This document shows positions 43,492 through 52,983 of a stretch of 56,319 nucleotides of DNA, piece after piece (positions within the stretch are counted from its first letter, which is position 1; every line of letters begins with the position of its first letter). A program made the position numbers and the translations under genes. The notes below the pieces were generated by a model. The model was not told where the DNA came from. It searched no databases and saw only the letters and a program-made list of their open reading frames with translations. Origin of the DNA: Actinomycetota bacterium (GTDB lineage: Bacteria > Actinomycetota > Acidimicrobiia > Acidimicrobiales > Ilumatobacteraceae); contig RFST01000001.1 in assembly GCA_009923855.1 (NCBI GenBank), positions 1 through 56,319 on the forward strand, given 5' to 3'.

Positions 43492-45130
43492 TCAGATGGT
43501 GGGCACTTCGACGTGACGTCCGAAGACACCGCCGAGAGTGGACATGATCTCGCCAACCGAAGCGTACGCCTCCGAAGCTGCGATCAGCGTCGGCATGAGG
43601 TTGATCTCGGGATCGGCCGCCTGCGTGGCCAACTCGGCCAAGACGGCGTCGACCGCAGCCTGGTCGCGACGACCGCGCACATCGGCAAGCCGCTTGCGCT
43701 GGCGCTGCTCGTCCTCATTGGTGATGCGCAGGAGCGGAATTTGATCTTCCTCATTGCCCTCGGTGAAGGCGTTCACCCCAACGGTGATCCGACGTCCATC
43801 GTTCAGGGCGCGCTCCAATTCGAACGCCGAATCGGCGATGCGACCCTGGAACCAGTTCTCCTCGATGCCGCGGATCGTTCCCTCCAGCATGGAGCCATCA
43901 CCGAATTCGGCGATCTTGGCGAAGATCTCCTCTGCCTGGCGTTCCACCTCATCGGTGAGCGCCTCGACGAAGTGGGAACCGCCAAGTGGGTCGGCGACAT
44001 GGGCGACGTTCGTCTCGTGAGCGATCACCTGCTGGGTGCGCAGCGCGATGCGGGCGGCCTTCTCCGTGGGAAGGGCCAGAGCTTCGTCCATTGAGTTGGT
44101 GTGCAGGCTCTGCGTGCCACCGAGCACGGCAGCCATTGCCTCGATCGCGGTACGCGCGATATTGATCTCAGGCTGCTGAGCCGTGAGCGACACCCCAGCG
44201 GTCTGGGCGTGGAAACGACACTGCATCGACCGGGGGTCGGTCGCGCCGTAGCGATCCTTCATCCACCGTGCCCAGATACGTCGCGCAGCACGGTACTTAG
44301 CGATCTCTTCGAAGAAATCGATGTGGGCGTTGAAGAAGAAACTGAGCCGCGGTGCAAACGCATCGATTGGCAGTCCGGCCTGCAGGGCGAGCTCCACGTA
44401 GGCAAAGCCGTTTGCCAACGTGAATGCGAGCTCCTCGACCGCTGTCGAGCCGGCCTCGCGGATGTGGTAGCCCGAGATAGACACCGAATGCCAACGCGGC
44501 ATTTCCGCACGCAATCGAATCACGCACGAGGCGCATCGACTGGCGCGGCGGGAACACGAACTCTTTCTGCGCTTGGTACTCCTTCAAGATGTCGTTCTGC
44601 AAGGTGCCGCCGAGGCGAGAGCGTGGCACGCCGGCCTTCTCTGCCTGCGCGATGTACATCGACAAGATCACCGCAGCGGGGGAGTTGATGGTCATCGACG
44701 TGGTGACCTCACCAAGGTCGATGTCGCGGTACAGGTCCTCCATGTCGGCCAACGTGTCGACGGCGACACCGCAGCGTCCCACCTCGCCAAGTGCCATGGG
44801 GTCGTCAGAGTCGAGCCCGAGCAGGGTCGGCATATCGAACGCGGTCGACAGGCCGCCGCCGCCAGCCCGGATGATTTCCTTGAACCGCCAGTTGGTGTCT
44901 TCGGCGGTGCCGAAGCCAGCGAACATACGCATCGTCCACGGCTTGGAGCGGTACATCGAGGCGTAGGGGCCACGGGTGTACGGGTATTGGCCGGGGAAGT
45001 CCCCGTCGTCGGGGCCGTAGACCGACTCGAGCGGAATACCCGACATCGTCGTGAACTGGGCATCGCGCATCGGCGACGCGGCCATTGCCTCGTCGTACCG
45101 CTGGCGGGGGGTGGCTGACTCGTTCTCCAT
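43492..45130 (-). pseudogene. Acyl-CoA mutase large (substrate-binding TIM-barrel) subunit, isobutyryl-CoA-mutase-like, interrupted by a frameshift near 44506-44512
   Basis: The N-terminal part (45130 to about 44510), ...[39 protein letters not shown]...[31 protein letters not shown], is in one frame. The continuation [29 protein letters not shown]... to the stop at 43492 is in another frame. I verified both frames by hand translation. Confidence 0.8.
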
Positions 45131-45185
45131 GCCCACACAGTACTTTGATTTCCAATGATCTGCGAGACGGCGTAGCGTTCCGGCG

Positions 45186-45695
45186 ATGACCGCTCTGGAC
45201 CACCGCAGCGCCGATCCGATTGAGATTGCGACGCGCAACTGGCGCGAGGCGGGCTGGTCCGACGCGGCCGATGGCATGGCGCTCATCACCGGAGTCGTGC
45301 GAGCGCAACAGATTCTGGTGGCAGCGGTTGAACGCCGGTTGCGTCCGCTTGGGCTGACATTCGCCCGTTTTGAGGTGCTGCGGCTGCTGGCGTTCAGTCG
45401 TCGTGAGGCCCTGCCGATGGGCGTCGTCGGTCGCCGGTTGCAGGTGCACCCCGCGAGCGTCACGAGCGCAGTCGACAGACTCGAGGCGGATGGGTGGGTG
45501 CACCGAATGCGCAGTGCTGATGACGGTCGCATGGTGCTGGTTGGCCTCACGACGCAGGGTCGGTCAATTGTCGACGAGGCGACAGCACGGTTGAACGAGC
45601 TGTTTGCATCGCTTCCCATCGATGAGGCCGATGTGGCTGCCGCGAACCACGCCCTCACGGTGATCCGAGGTGCCTCCGGTTTGGAGGAGCTCTGA
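45186..45695 (+). CDS. MarR-family transcriptional regulator
   Basis: wHTH region [49 protein letters not shown]. Divergent from the mutase operon. Confidence 0.85.
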   Translation: MTALDHRSADPIEIATRNWREAGWSDAADGMALITGVVRAQQILVAAVERRLRPLGLTFARFEVLRLLAFSRREALPMGVVGRRLQVHPASVTSAVDRLEADGWVHRMRSADDGRMVLVGLTTQGRSIVDEATARLNELFASLPIDEADVAAANHALTVIRGASGLEEL

Positions 45696-45712
45696 ACGTC
45701 GATTCGGGTCTC

Positions 45713-46297
45713 GTGATCGGGGCTGATGGGCGCGCCCGCTGTGCCTGGTGCGGCCCGCATGAGGATTACATCGCCTATCACGACCACGAATGGGGTCGCC
45801 GCCCGGCCACCGATGACCTGTGGTTCGAGAAGGTGTGCCTCGAAGGTTTCCAGGCTGGACTGTCGTGGCTGATCGTGTTGCGGCGTCGTAACCACCTGCG
45901 AACCGTCTTTTCTGGCTTCACCCCCGAGGTGGTGGCCGCAATGACCGACGTGGATGTCGAGCGCATCGTCGCCGACCCCGGGGTGATTCGCCACCGCGGC
46001 AAAATCACGTCGGTGATCAACAATGCCCGTCGAGCAGTGGAGCTGCGAGACGAATTCGGTCGGCTCGGCGCCTTTTTCGAGCGGTTTGCGTGTGATCGGC
46101 CTCGACCAATGTCACCTCGCGACGTGCCGACATTCACCGACGAGTCGCGGGCGATGTCGCGTGAACTTCGCGTTCGTGGGTGGTCGTTCGTGGGGCCGAC
46201 CACGATGTACGCCCTCTCGCAGGCCTACGGGCTCGTGGATGACCATCTCGATGGCTGCTGGGTGAACGAGACGTCGTCACCCTCTCCTCGGCACTGA
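45713..46297 (+). CDS. tag: DNA-3-methyladenine glycosylase I
   Basis: RCAWC....[43 protein letters not shown]...C. Confidence 0.9.
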   Translation: MIGADGRARCAWCGPHEDYIAYHDHEWGRRPATDDLWFEKVCLEGFQAGLSWLIVLRRRNHLRTVFSGFTPEVVAAMTDVDVERIVADPGVIRHRGKITSVINNARRAVELRDEFGRLGAFFERFACDRPRPMSPRDVPTFTDESRAMSRELRVRGWSFVGPTTMYALSQAYGLVDDHLDGCWVNETSSPSPRH

Positions 46298-46340
46298 CGT
46301 GCTCCGCGTCGGTGGTGCAGCGGGCAACGAGTAGATGACG

Positions 46341-47189
46341 TCAACCGAGGGCTATCCCGGGGTGCGAACCGGCCAGTGCGCGGATGCGGTCGACATCTAC
46401 TGCGGTGGCCGTGAGTGGCTGGCATGTGGCGCAGAACGTGACGATTCGACCCCATTCGACGTCGTCGTCATCGCGTCCCACCAGCCGATCGCCGCAGTGA
46501 CGGCAGAGTTGGCCACGCCGGCCCTGTACCCAGGCAGCAGATCTATCCATCTCGCGTCCGAGGGTGTTCTGAGGGCCGCGACGCGCATTTTCGCGAATGA
46601 GCCCGATGCCGGCGGTGACGAGGTGCTCGAGGCCATTGATCTCACCCACAGGTGTCGTCGGGTGCACGCCCGAGAGAAAAGGCAAGTCGACGGCATAGAC
46701 ATTGCCGAATCCGGCGACACGTCGCTGGTCCAACAACGCAGCGGTGAGTGCGGTACCTGGCGTGCCTCTTAGCGACGCGGTGACAGCGGTTGGGTCGGGG
46801 GGACCAGAACGCGCGCACAGATCAGGTCCGAGATGGGCGGTGATGAGGCGTTCGTGGCGCGTGGGGATGAACTCGGCGATGGGAATGTCCACGCCCACGA
46901 TCGGTCCGTGATCGGTGTGGAGGTCGATCCGCCGTCGCCAAGCCGGCATCGTGTCCGCACGGTCAAACATCCATCGCCCGGTCATCAGCAGATGGCAGTG
47001 CAACGTGGTCCTCTCGTCGAAACGGATGAACAAATGTTTGCCATATGCGTCACAGGACGTCATCGTGGTGCCGACAAGGTCAACGCCGGCGATGCGGGGA
47101 TGACGAAGATGGCATGCCGTGACCCGCGCGCCCACACGTGACCGTTGGATACGGTCGGCGAGGACCCTGAGGGTGTCGCCTTCTGGCAC
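46341..47189 (-). CDS. nei: Fpg/Nei-family DNA glycosylase (endonuclease VIII-like)
   Basis: N-terminal MPEGDTL (catalytic Pro2/Glu3), an H2TH region, and a C-terminal zinc finger CRHCG...FCATCQ. Confidence 0.85.
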   Translation of the reverse strand: MPEGDTLRVLADRIQRSRVGARVTACHLRHPRIAGVDLVGTTMTSCDAYGKHLFIRFDERTTLHCHLLMTGRWMFDRADTMPAWRRRIDLHTDHGPIVGVDIPIAEFIPTRHERLITAHLGPDLCARSGPPDPTAVTASLRGTPGTALTAALLDQRRVAGFGNVYAVDLPFLSGVHPTTPVGEINGLEHLVTAGIGLIRENARRGPQNTLGREMDRSAAWVQGRRGQLCRHCGDRLVGRDDDDVEWGRIVTFCATCQPLTATAVDVDRIRALAGSHPGIALG

Positions 47190-47195
47190 AGCTGC

Positions 47196-47876
47196 TCAGT
47201 TCAGGGTGCTGCGAAGAAGGCTGTGCACCTCGGGCCAGATGCTGGCAGCGAGATCGGCATCGCGGGTGCCGAGAGCATTATGTGGGGCCATGAAGGCGTG
47301 CCCGGTGCCGGCGTGAACACGCAGTTCCGCATCCACCCCAAGTTCGGTGAGTTGGTTCTGAAGCGCGACGGCGGCGTCTGGCGGGAAGAAGTCATCATGT
47401 TCGGCCATGTGTCCCCGCACGACGGCCGTAATCGCGGCGTAGTCGGGTTGATCGTCTCCGCTTGGAAACCCGTAGAAGGGGACCGCAGCCCGCACGGCGT
47501 CCGGACGCGTGGCAGCCAGCGCGAAGGTGAGCATGCCGCCCATGCAGAAGCCGATCACGCCGACACCGTCACCAGTGACCTCGGGCCGCGACAGCAGATG
47601 GTCAACAGCGGCGCTCATGTCGTGGGCTGCACGGTCCATTGGCAGCGCGGTCATCAACTCCGCGGCGCGATCCATCTCGGTATGCCCCGCCAACTCGCCG
47701 TGGTATAGATCGGGTGCGAGGGCGACGAAGCCCGCATCGGCGAGTTCATCGCAGATGGTGATGATGCCGCTGTCGAGGCCCCACCATTCCTGGACGACGA
47801 TGACGCCCGGTCCCTCACCACTTGCGGGTACTGCGAGGTAGCCGGAACGGTCGTCGAAGGTGATCGTGTTGCCCAT
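47196..47876 (-). CDS. Dienelactone hydrolase-family protein
   Basis: GYLAVPASGEGPGVIVVQEWWGL, GVIGFCMGG (nucleophile Cys), HAGTGHAF. I prefer the ATG at 47876; upstream ATGs lie at 47912 and 47939. Confidence 0.85.
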   Translation of the reverse strand: MGNTITFDDRSGYLAVPASGEGPGVIVVQEWWGLDSGIITICDELADAGFVALAPDLYHGELAGHTEMDRAAELMTALPMDRAAHDMSAAVDHLLSRPEVTGDGVGVIGFCMGGMLTFALAATRPDAVRAAVPFYGFPSGDDQPDYAAITAVVRGHMAEHDDFFPPDAAVALQNQLTELGVDAELRVHAGTGHAFMAPHNALGTRDADLAASIWPEVHSLLRSTLN

Positions 47877-47992
47877 GTGGCCGAGACTAACCAACACCGG
47901 GAACTGGGTCATCTGCAGCGGCGGTGTCTCGGCGTTCAATGGTGCTGTCTCCGGTCATTTGGCGTGTCACCGGGCGGAGTAACGTCGACATC

Positions 47993-48400
47993 ATGTCGAT
48001 GACGGGACGTTGTTTGTGCGGTGCGGTGACGTGGGAGTTGTCCGGCGACATCATCGCCACCGCTGTCTGCCACTGTGAACACTGCCAACGCCAGAGCGGT
48101 GGCGCGTTCTCTGTGAACCTCGTGGCTCACGAGTCGCAGTTGAGCGTGGATGGTGACCTGTCTGTGTATGGCGATCCGGGTAACGACCCCACCGGCACCG
48201 TGCATGTCGAGCGTCGTTTCTGCGGCACCTGTGGGTCGCCGATCGTGTCGGCGCTCACCGGCACCGAGGGTGTGATTGCGGTGAAGGCTGGCACGCTGAA
48301 TGATCGCTCCACGGTGCGGCCCAATGTGCAGGCGTGGTGCGTCGACCGCCAGCCATGGGTTGAACTCGATGGTATGGACGTGTCGCTCGATCGCGAGTGA
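47993..48400 (+). CDS. GFA-family (glutathione-dependent formaldehyde-activating / CENP-V-like) zinc protein
   Basis: GRCLCGAV...CHCEHCQRQSGGAFS...RRFCGTCGSP cysteine pattern. I chose the ATG at 47993. Confidence 0.85.
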   Translation: MSMTGRCLCGAVTWELSGDIIATAVCHCEHCQRQSGGAFSVNLVAHESQLSVDGDLSVYGDPGNDPTGTVHVERRFCGTCGSPIVSALTGTEGVIAVKAGTLNDRSTVRPNVQAWCVDRQPWVELDGMDVSLDRE

Positions 48401-48471
48401 CACAACATCGGTGAATTCTGGGCCCCCGCTGGCCGCGGCGACGGCTTCCGCTGACTGACGGCTTTGTTACG

Positions 48472-49380
48472 TCAGGCGTCGTCGCGCTCCATCGTGAGCA
48501 CTTCGTCGGCGACTGATGCGAGCATGTGTGACCAACCGTCCACATCGCGTGGCTCTTCCACTGGCAAGATCACAAACTTTGTGGTGCCCACGTCGACGAA
48601 TTCGGCGATGAGGGTGCGCAATCGTTCCCAGCCGTCGGGGACGAGCACGGTGGGATCATCAAGGTCTGGTCGACGGCGTGCGAGCGCATCGAGAAGCGCA
48701 GCAGGCACCGAGCCCAGAGAGAAGGGGATGAGGACTCCGTAATGGTCCTCGTCGATCTGGCGTCCTTCCCGTGCGGTGGCCTCCTCGATCATCTTGCGGC
48801 CACGTTGTGCGTCGCTGGGGGTGATGAATGAGGGGAGCCATCCGTCGCCGAAGCGACCGACGCGACGTAATTCGCTGTCGGCAATGCCACCGAGCCACAC
48901 CTCCAGTCGCTCGGGCACTGGCCCCACACGGACACCCTCCACTCGGTAGTGCGTGCCGACATGGTTGACCTCGTCACCGGTCCAACATTGGCGCATGACG
49001 TGAAGGGCTTCGTCGAACATGGCGGCGCGTTCCCCACGACGTACGCCAAATGCGGCCTGCTCTGCTGGGTCGACCGCTCCCAGGCCGATCGCCGGTAGCA
49101 ACCGTCCGCCCGACAAGGTGGAGAGGGAGGCGAGCTGGGTGGCGGCAATGACCGGGTTTCGTCCCGGTAGCACCATGACGCTCGTGCCGAGTTTCAGCGA
49201 CTGTGTTCGGCCAGCGATGTAACCGAGTGCCATCAGCGGGTCGGGGGCTTGGGAATTGATGCGCTCGCTCAACCAAATCGAATCAACACCGCGTGCGTCC
49301 ATATCCACAGCGAGATCACCAAGTTCGCCGGTGTTGAAGCGGGTGCGGGTGCCGAGGCCAAGCCCGATGCGTACCTTCAT
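48472..49380 (-). CDS. LLM-class F420-dependent oxidoreductase (second copy)
   Basis: MKVRIGLGLG...GVDSIWLSERI...KLGTSVMVLPGRNPVIAATQLASLSTLSGGRLLPAIGLG. ATGA overlap with the upstream hydrolase. Confidence 0.85.
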   Translation of the reverse strand: MKVRIGLGLGTRTRFNTGELGDLAVDMDARGVDSIWLSERINSQAPDPLMALGYIAGRTQSLKLGTSVMVLPGRNPVIAATQLASLSTLSGGRLLPAIGLGAVDPAEQAAFGVRRGERAAMFDEALHVMRQCWTGDEVNHVGTHYRVEGVRVGPVPERLEVWLGGIADSELRRVGRFGDGWLPSFITPSDAQRGRKMIEEATAREGRQIDEDHYGVLIPFSLGSVPAALLDALARRRPDLDDPTVLVPDGWERLRTLIAEFVDVGTTKFVILPVEEPRDVDGWSHMLASVADEVLTMERDDA

Positions 49381-50087
49381 GCGGTGGCCAGACCGTGAAG
49401 AATTTCGACGATCTTCTCGGGTGCGCTGAGGAACGGTGAATGATCCTCGTCAACCGCGATCGTGTCGTCGCAGCGTGCAGCCATGATCCGTTGATGTTCA
49501 GGGTGCACGCAACGATCGCGCTCGCACAAGATGTAGGTACTCGGCACCGCACCCAGACCGGAGGCCTCGATGGGAGTGGTCATCGTCGCATGAGGTTGAG
49601 GGTCGAGTCGGGCCACATGGCTGGCAATGAGGGCCGGGTCGAGTCCGCGGTACAGCAGGTCGCCAGCGAGATCCGGGTTGAGCGTGCTCGCCTCGTCCCC
49701 GGGTTGCATGGCGTCGGCAAGTTCGACGTGATGGCGGGGGGCAGCGCGTAAGAAACCGTTCACGCTCTCTCCCGACTCAAGAGCGAAGGCTGCGATGTAC
49801 ACAAGATGTGCCGCTGACGCGAGCGCAGATGCCGCGCTGATCACCGCCCCGCCGTAGGAATGGCCGACCCAGATCGCATCGGGCCCCACGCGCTGGGCCA
49901 CGCGCGCCAACGCGTCAGCATCGCCATTGACATCGCTCGGTGGCAGAGGCGATACGCCGTGACCGGGGAGGTCGATGGCGTGAGCAGGGACCCCAACCGC
50001 TGCAAGCCGGTTGATGAGATCCGACCAGATCCACGCACCATGCCAGGCGCCGTGGACCAACACGATGGGGCGAGGGTTGGTTGACAT
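49377..50087 (-). CDS. Alpha/beta hydrolase (methylesterase/SABP2-like, paralogue of 8676-9383)
   Basis: IVLVHGAWHGAWIW and VGHSYGG. I chose the ATG at 50087. Confidence 0.82.
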   Translation of the reverse strand: MSTNPRPIVLVHGAWHGAWIWSDLINRLAAVGVPAHAIDLPGHGVSPLPPSDVNGDADALARVAQRVGPDAIWVGHSYGGAVISAASALASAAHLVYIAAFALESGESVNGFLRAAPRHHVELADAMQPGDEASTLNPDLAGDLLYRGLDPALIASHVARLDPQPHATMTTPIEASGLGAVPSTYILCERDRCVHPEHQRIMAARCDDTIAVDEDHSPFLSAPEKIVEILHGLATA

Positions 50088-50168
50088 ACAGCGATGCTCG
50101 CACAGCGGCCGCATCGAGCAGGAGACGTGCCGCGGTGATGGTGCGATGCGACCGCTAGCGTCGCCGCG

Positions 50169-51455
50169 ATGTCATCTGCGGTGGGGGTTCTCCGGGTACC
50201 GGCTGTCCGGCGATACCTGCTGTCGACAGCGTGTGCAGCCATTGGGATCAACATCGTGATCACGGTGCTGTTCAAACAGATCTACGACCGCACGGGTGAC
50301 GTGTTCGATATCGGGTTAGTGGGTTTGGCGCAGTTCCTTCCCGGTTTGCTGCTGGCCCTTCCCAGCGGCCTGGTCGCCGACCGTTTCGATCGTCGGCGCG
50401 TCAGTGCATCGTTCCTCGGTTTGCGTCTTGGCTGCATCGTCGCGCTCGCCCTCTTTTCACGCCTGAGCGATGCCGGAGGTGTATGGCTGATCTTCGTGGC
50501 GGCGGCGGGGATTGGAACCGCGGATGCGATGATTTCGCCCAGCCGTCGGGCGATTATGCCTCTGATGGCCGCTCCGGCCGATCTGCCACGCGTCGTCGCG
50601 CTCTGGACGGCCACCTTCACGTCATGCACGATCATCGGCCCCGCACTTGGCGGATTCCTCTACAGCATCAGCGCAGAGATGGCCTACACCACTGCAGCTG
50701 CGCTGACCGCCGCATCGATTCCGGCGATCCTGTCGGTGACCTATCGCCCAGGGGTGGCTGCGGTGGCAGATTCCGCGCCCGAGCGCCCCACATTGCGCAC
50801 CGCTCTCGAGGGCCTATGGTTCATCCGGCGCACACCCATCGTGTTGGCCGCGATCAGCCTTGATCTGTTTGCGGTGCTGTTCGGGGGCGCGGTCGCGCTG
50901 ATCCCGGTCGTCGCCACCGATCGCCTCGGCGTCGGCGATGTTGCGTACGGGTGGCTGCGCGCTGCACCGGGTGTGGGCGCCGCGGCGATGGCCATCGTGT
51001 TGGCTGTGGCGCCGGTTCGCCGACGCGTGGGCCCCACTCTGCTCGGCGTGGTTGCCGTGTTCGGGGCGGGCACGATCGTGTTCGGTGTGACATCGAACTA
51101 CGCAGTTGCATTCGTATCACTCGTCGTGCTCTCGGGTGCCGACATGGTGTCGATGTTCATCCGTGGCGCATTGGTGCCACTTGCGACGCCACCGGAACAA
51201 CTTGGTCGTGTGAGCGCAGTCGAAGGGGTGTTCATCGGGGCCTCGAATGAATTGGGCGCATTCGAAAGCGGGCTGGCAGCGAGGTATCTCGGTGTGACGT
51301 GGGCGATCGTCGGTGGCGGCATCGCCACGGTGGTGATTGCGGGAATGTTCGCCGTGGTATTCCCGTCGTTACGGCGTATCGACACCTTCGACGACGTACA
51401 CGTGGCGGAGGGTGACTCCGGCGCAGGCAATCTTCCTAGCCCGACCACCGGCTGA
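50169..51455 (+). CDS. MFS transporter
   Basis: 428 aa with about 12 TM segments; the GLVADRFDRRRV loop motif is typical of MFS (EntS/MFS_3-like). Confidence 0.82.
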   Translation: MSSAVGVLRVPAVRRYLLSTACAAIGINIVITVLFKQIYDRTGDVFDIGLVGLAQFLPGLLLALPSGLVADRFDRRRVSASFLGLRLGCIVALALFSRLSDAGGVWLIFVAAAGIGTADAMISPSRRAIMPLMAAPADLPRVVALWTATFTSCTIIGPALGGFLYSISAEMAYTTAAALTAASIPAILSVTYRPGVAAVADSAPERPTLRTALEGLWFIRRTPIVLAAISLDLFAVLFGGAVALIPVVATDRLGVGDVAYGWLRAAPGVGAAAMAIVLAVAPVRRRVGPTLLGVVAVFGAGTIVFGVTSNYAVAFVSLVVLSGADMVSMFIRGALVPLATPPEQLGRVSAVEGVFIGASNELGAFESGLAARYLGVTWAIVGGGIATVVIAGMFAVVFPSLRRIDTFDDVHVAEGDSGAGNLPSPTTG

Positions 51456-52878
51456 GGCGTGCCAACTGGCGAAGACGCCGAGCGCGTGCAAACTCGTTCT
51501 CGGCCGCAATCCGGGAAATTGCCGTGGACAGGGTTGGGTAGACCATGGGTACCGAACCCAATTCACGTAGCGACATCGAGAAACGAACAGCGATTGCGAG
51601 AGCAGAGATGATGTCCCCGGCATCGGGCGCGAGAACATGGGCACCCACGATCTTTGAACGCGCGGTGATGATGCGCACCACCCCAGAAGTCGAGCGATCG
51701 ATTCGCGCCCGGTCCTCGTGAGCCAGTTCATGGTCGTGCACCTTGACCACGCGCTCACCATGGCGATCAACGGCCTCGGCGGTGGTGAGACCCACTCTGG
51801 CAAGTTCCGGATCGGTGAAGACCGTCACGGGTGCAAGGGTCACGGCATGTCCGCGCCCTGGAAGGAACATGTCGCGCACCGCTGTGGCTGCATCGTGGGC
51901 GGCCACATTCGTGTGGCGAGGCCGGCCTGCAACAGCATCGCCGACGGCGTAGATCGTGGGAACTGTCGTTCGTGATCGAGCGTCGACGTTGATGCCCGAC
52001 GCAGTGGCGATCACCCCGAGACGGTCGAGACCGAGGCTGGTCACATCTGCTGTTCGACCGGTCGCACTGATCAGCGCGTCCGCACCGATTGTGCGTTCAC
52101 CGATATCGATCGACACGGCATGGTCGCTGTCGGCCGAGCGTCCATTCACCGCATCGATAGTGACTCCGGTAATGACATCGACACCTTCAGCACGCAGTGT
52201 CTGGGCCACACGCTCGGCAAGGTCCGGTTCTTCGCGGCGCAGGATGCGATCCGCGGACTCCGCGAGGGTGACGGCGACGCCAAGGCGACGTAGTGCCTGA
52301 GCGGTCTCCACACCCATCGGGCCGGCACCGATGATGATCGCCGACTGCGGTGCCCGATCGAGATCGAACAGCGTGTCGTTCGTGAGTGTGGTGACGTCGG
52401 AGATGCCGCTGATGTTGGGAACCGACGGCCGTGAACCGGTGCACACGAGAATGAACCGGGTCGTGAGCACCGTGGTGCCGTCGTCGGCGCTGACGGTGAC
52501 CTCCCGAGGGCCGGTGATCGTTGCCTGGCCGACGAGGTGTTCGGCACCCCATCCGGTGACCGTGTCGGCATTGTCGTCGGCGGCGGCGATGTCGTTGCGG
52601 ACATCGCGAAGGCGACTCCACACCGCAGCATTGTCGACAGTGACTTGCGCGGGGAAGACCCCGAATTGGTGTGCGCGTCCCACGAGATGAGCCGCGCGTG
52701 CCGATGCGGTGAGCGTCTTTGAGGGCACACACCCTGTCCATAGGCAGTCGCCGCCAATACGGGCACGTTCCACCGCTGCGACGCGCAGCCCCAGCTCGGC
52801 TGCTGCCACCCGCGTGGCGGTGAGACCGGCAGTTCCCAGACCGATCACGACGAGATCGAAGGGTCGGGCCACGGCCAT
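51436..52878 (-). CDS. FAD-dependent pyridine-nucleotide-disulfide oxidoreductase (dihydrolipoyl dehydrogenase / mercuric-reductase-like fold)
   Basis: DLVVIGLGTAGL (FAD GxGxxG), the redox-active disulfide GGDCLWTGCVPSK, a second Rossmann motif IIIGAGPMGVE, and a C-terminal dimerisation domain. The physiological substrate is not assignable. Confidence 0.85.
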   Translation of the reverse strand: MAVARPFDLVVIGLGTAGLTATRVAAAELGLRVAAVERARIGGDCLWTGCVPSKTLTASARAAHLVGRAHQFGVFPAQVTVDNAAVWSRLRDVRNDIAAADDNADTVTGWGAEHLVGQATITGPREVTVSADDGTTVLTTRFILVCTGSRPSVPNISGISDVTTLTNDTLFDLDRAPQSAIIIGAGPMGVETAQALRRLGVAVTLAESADRILRREEPDLAERVAQTLRAEGVDVITGVTIDAVNGRSADSDHAVSIDIGERTIGADALISATGRTADVTSLGLDRLGVIATASGINVDARSRTTVPTIYAVGDAVAGRPRHTNVAAHDAATAVRDMFLPGRGHAVTLAPVTVFTDPELARVGLTTAEAVDRHGERVVKVHDHELAHEDRARIDRSTSGVVRIITARSKIVGAHVLAPDAGDIISALAIAVRFSMSLRELGSVPMVYPTLSTAISRIAAENEFARARRLRQLARLSRWSG

Positions 52879-52983
52879 ACCGTAGTTCTCCGCAACCGCG
52901 GCGACGTCGTCGGCGAGACGTGTCGTCCCGGTGCAGCACCGTGGTGCCTGACCGATCGGTTGGCGATCGGCGATGATGGTGGG

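Noticed and set aside
45131-45994. Upstream extension of the mutase ORF (the track ORF 44297-45994 starts at 45994)
   Set aside because: The extension is Ser/Arg/Ala-rich junk that runs antisense through the MarR gene. Homology begins at MENESATP (ATG 45130).
52879-52983. CCGATCGG / CGATCGG repeats in the spacer upstream of the SGNH hydrolase gene as a regulatory site
   Set aside because: These are short GC-rich palindromes containing GATC and are expected by chance at this GC content. There is no adjacent regulator to link them to.
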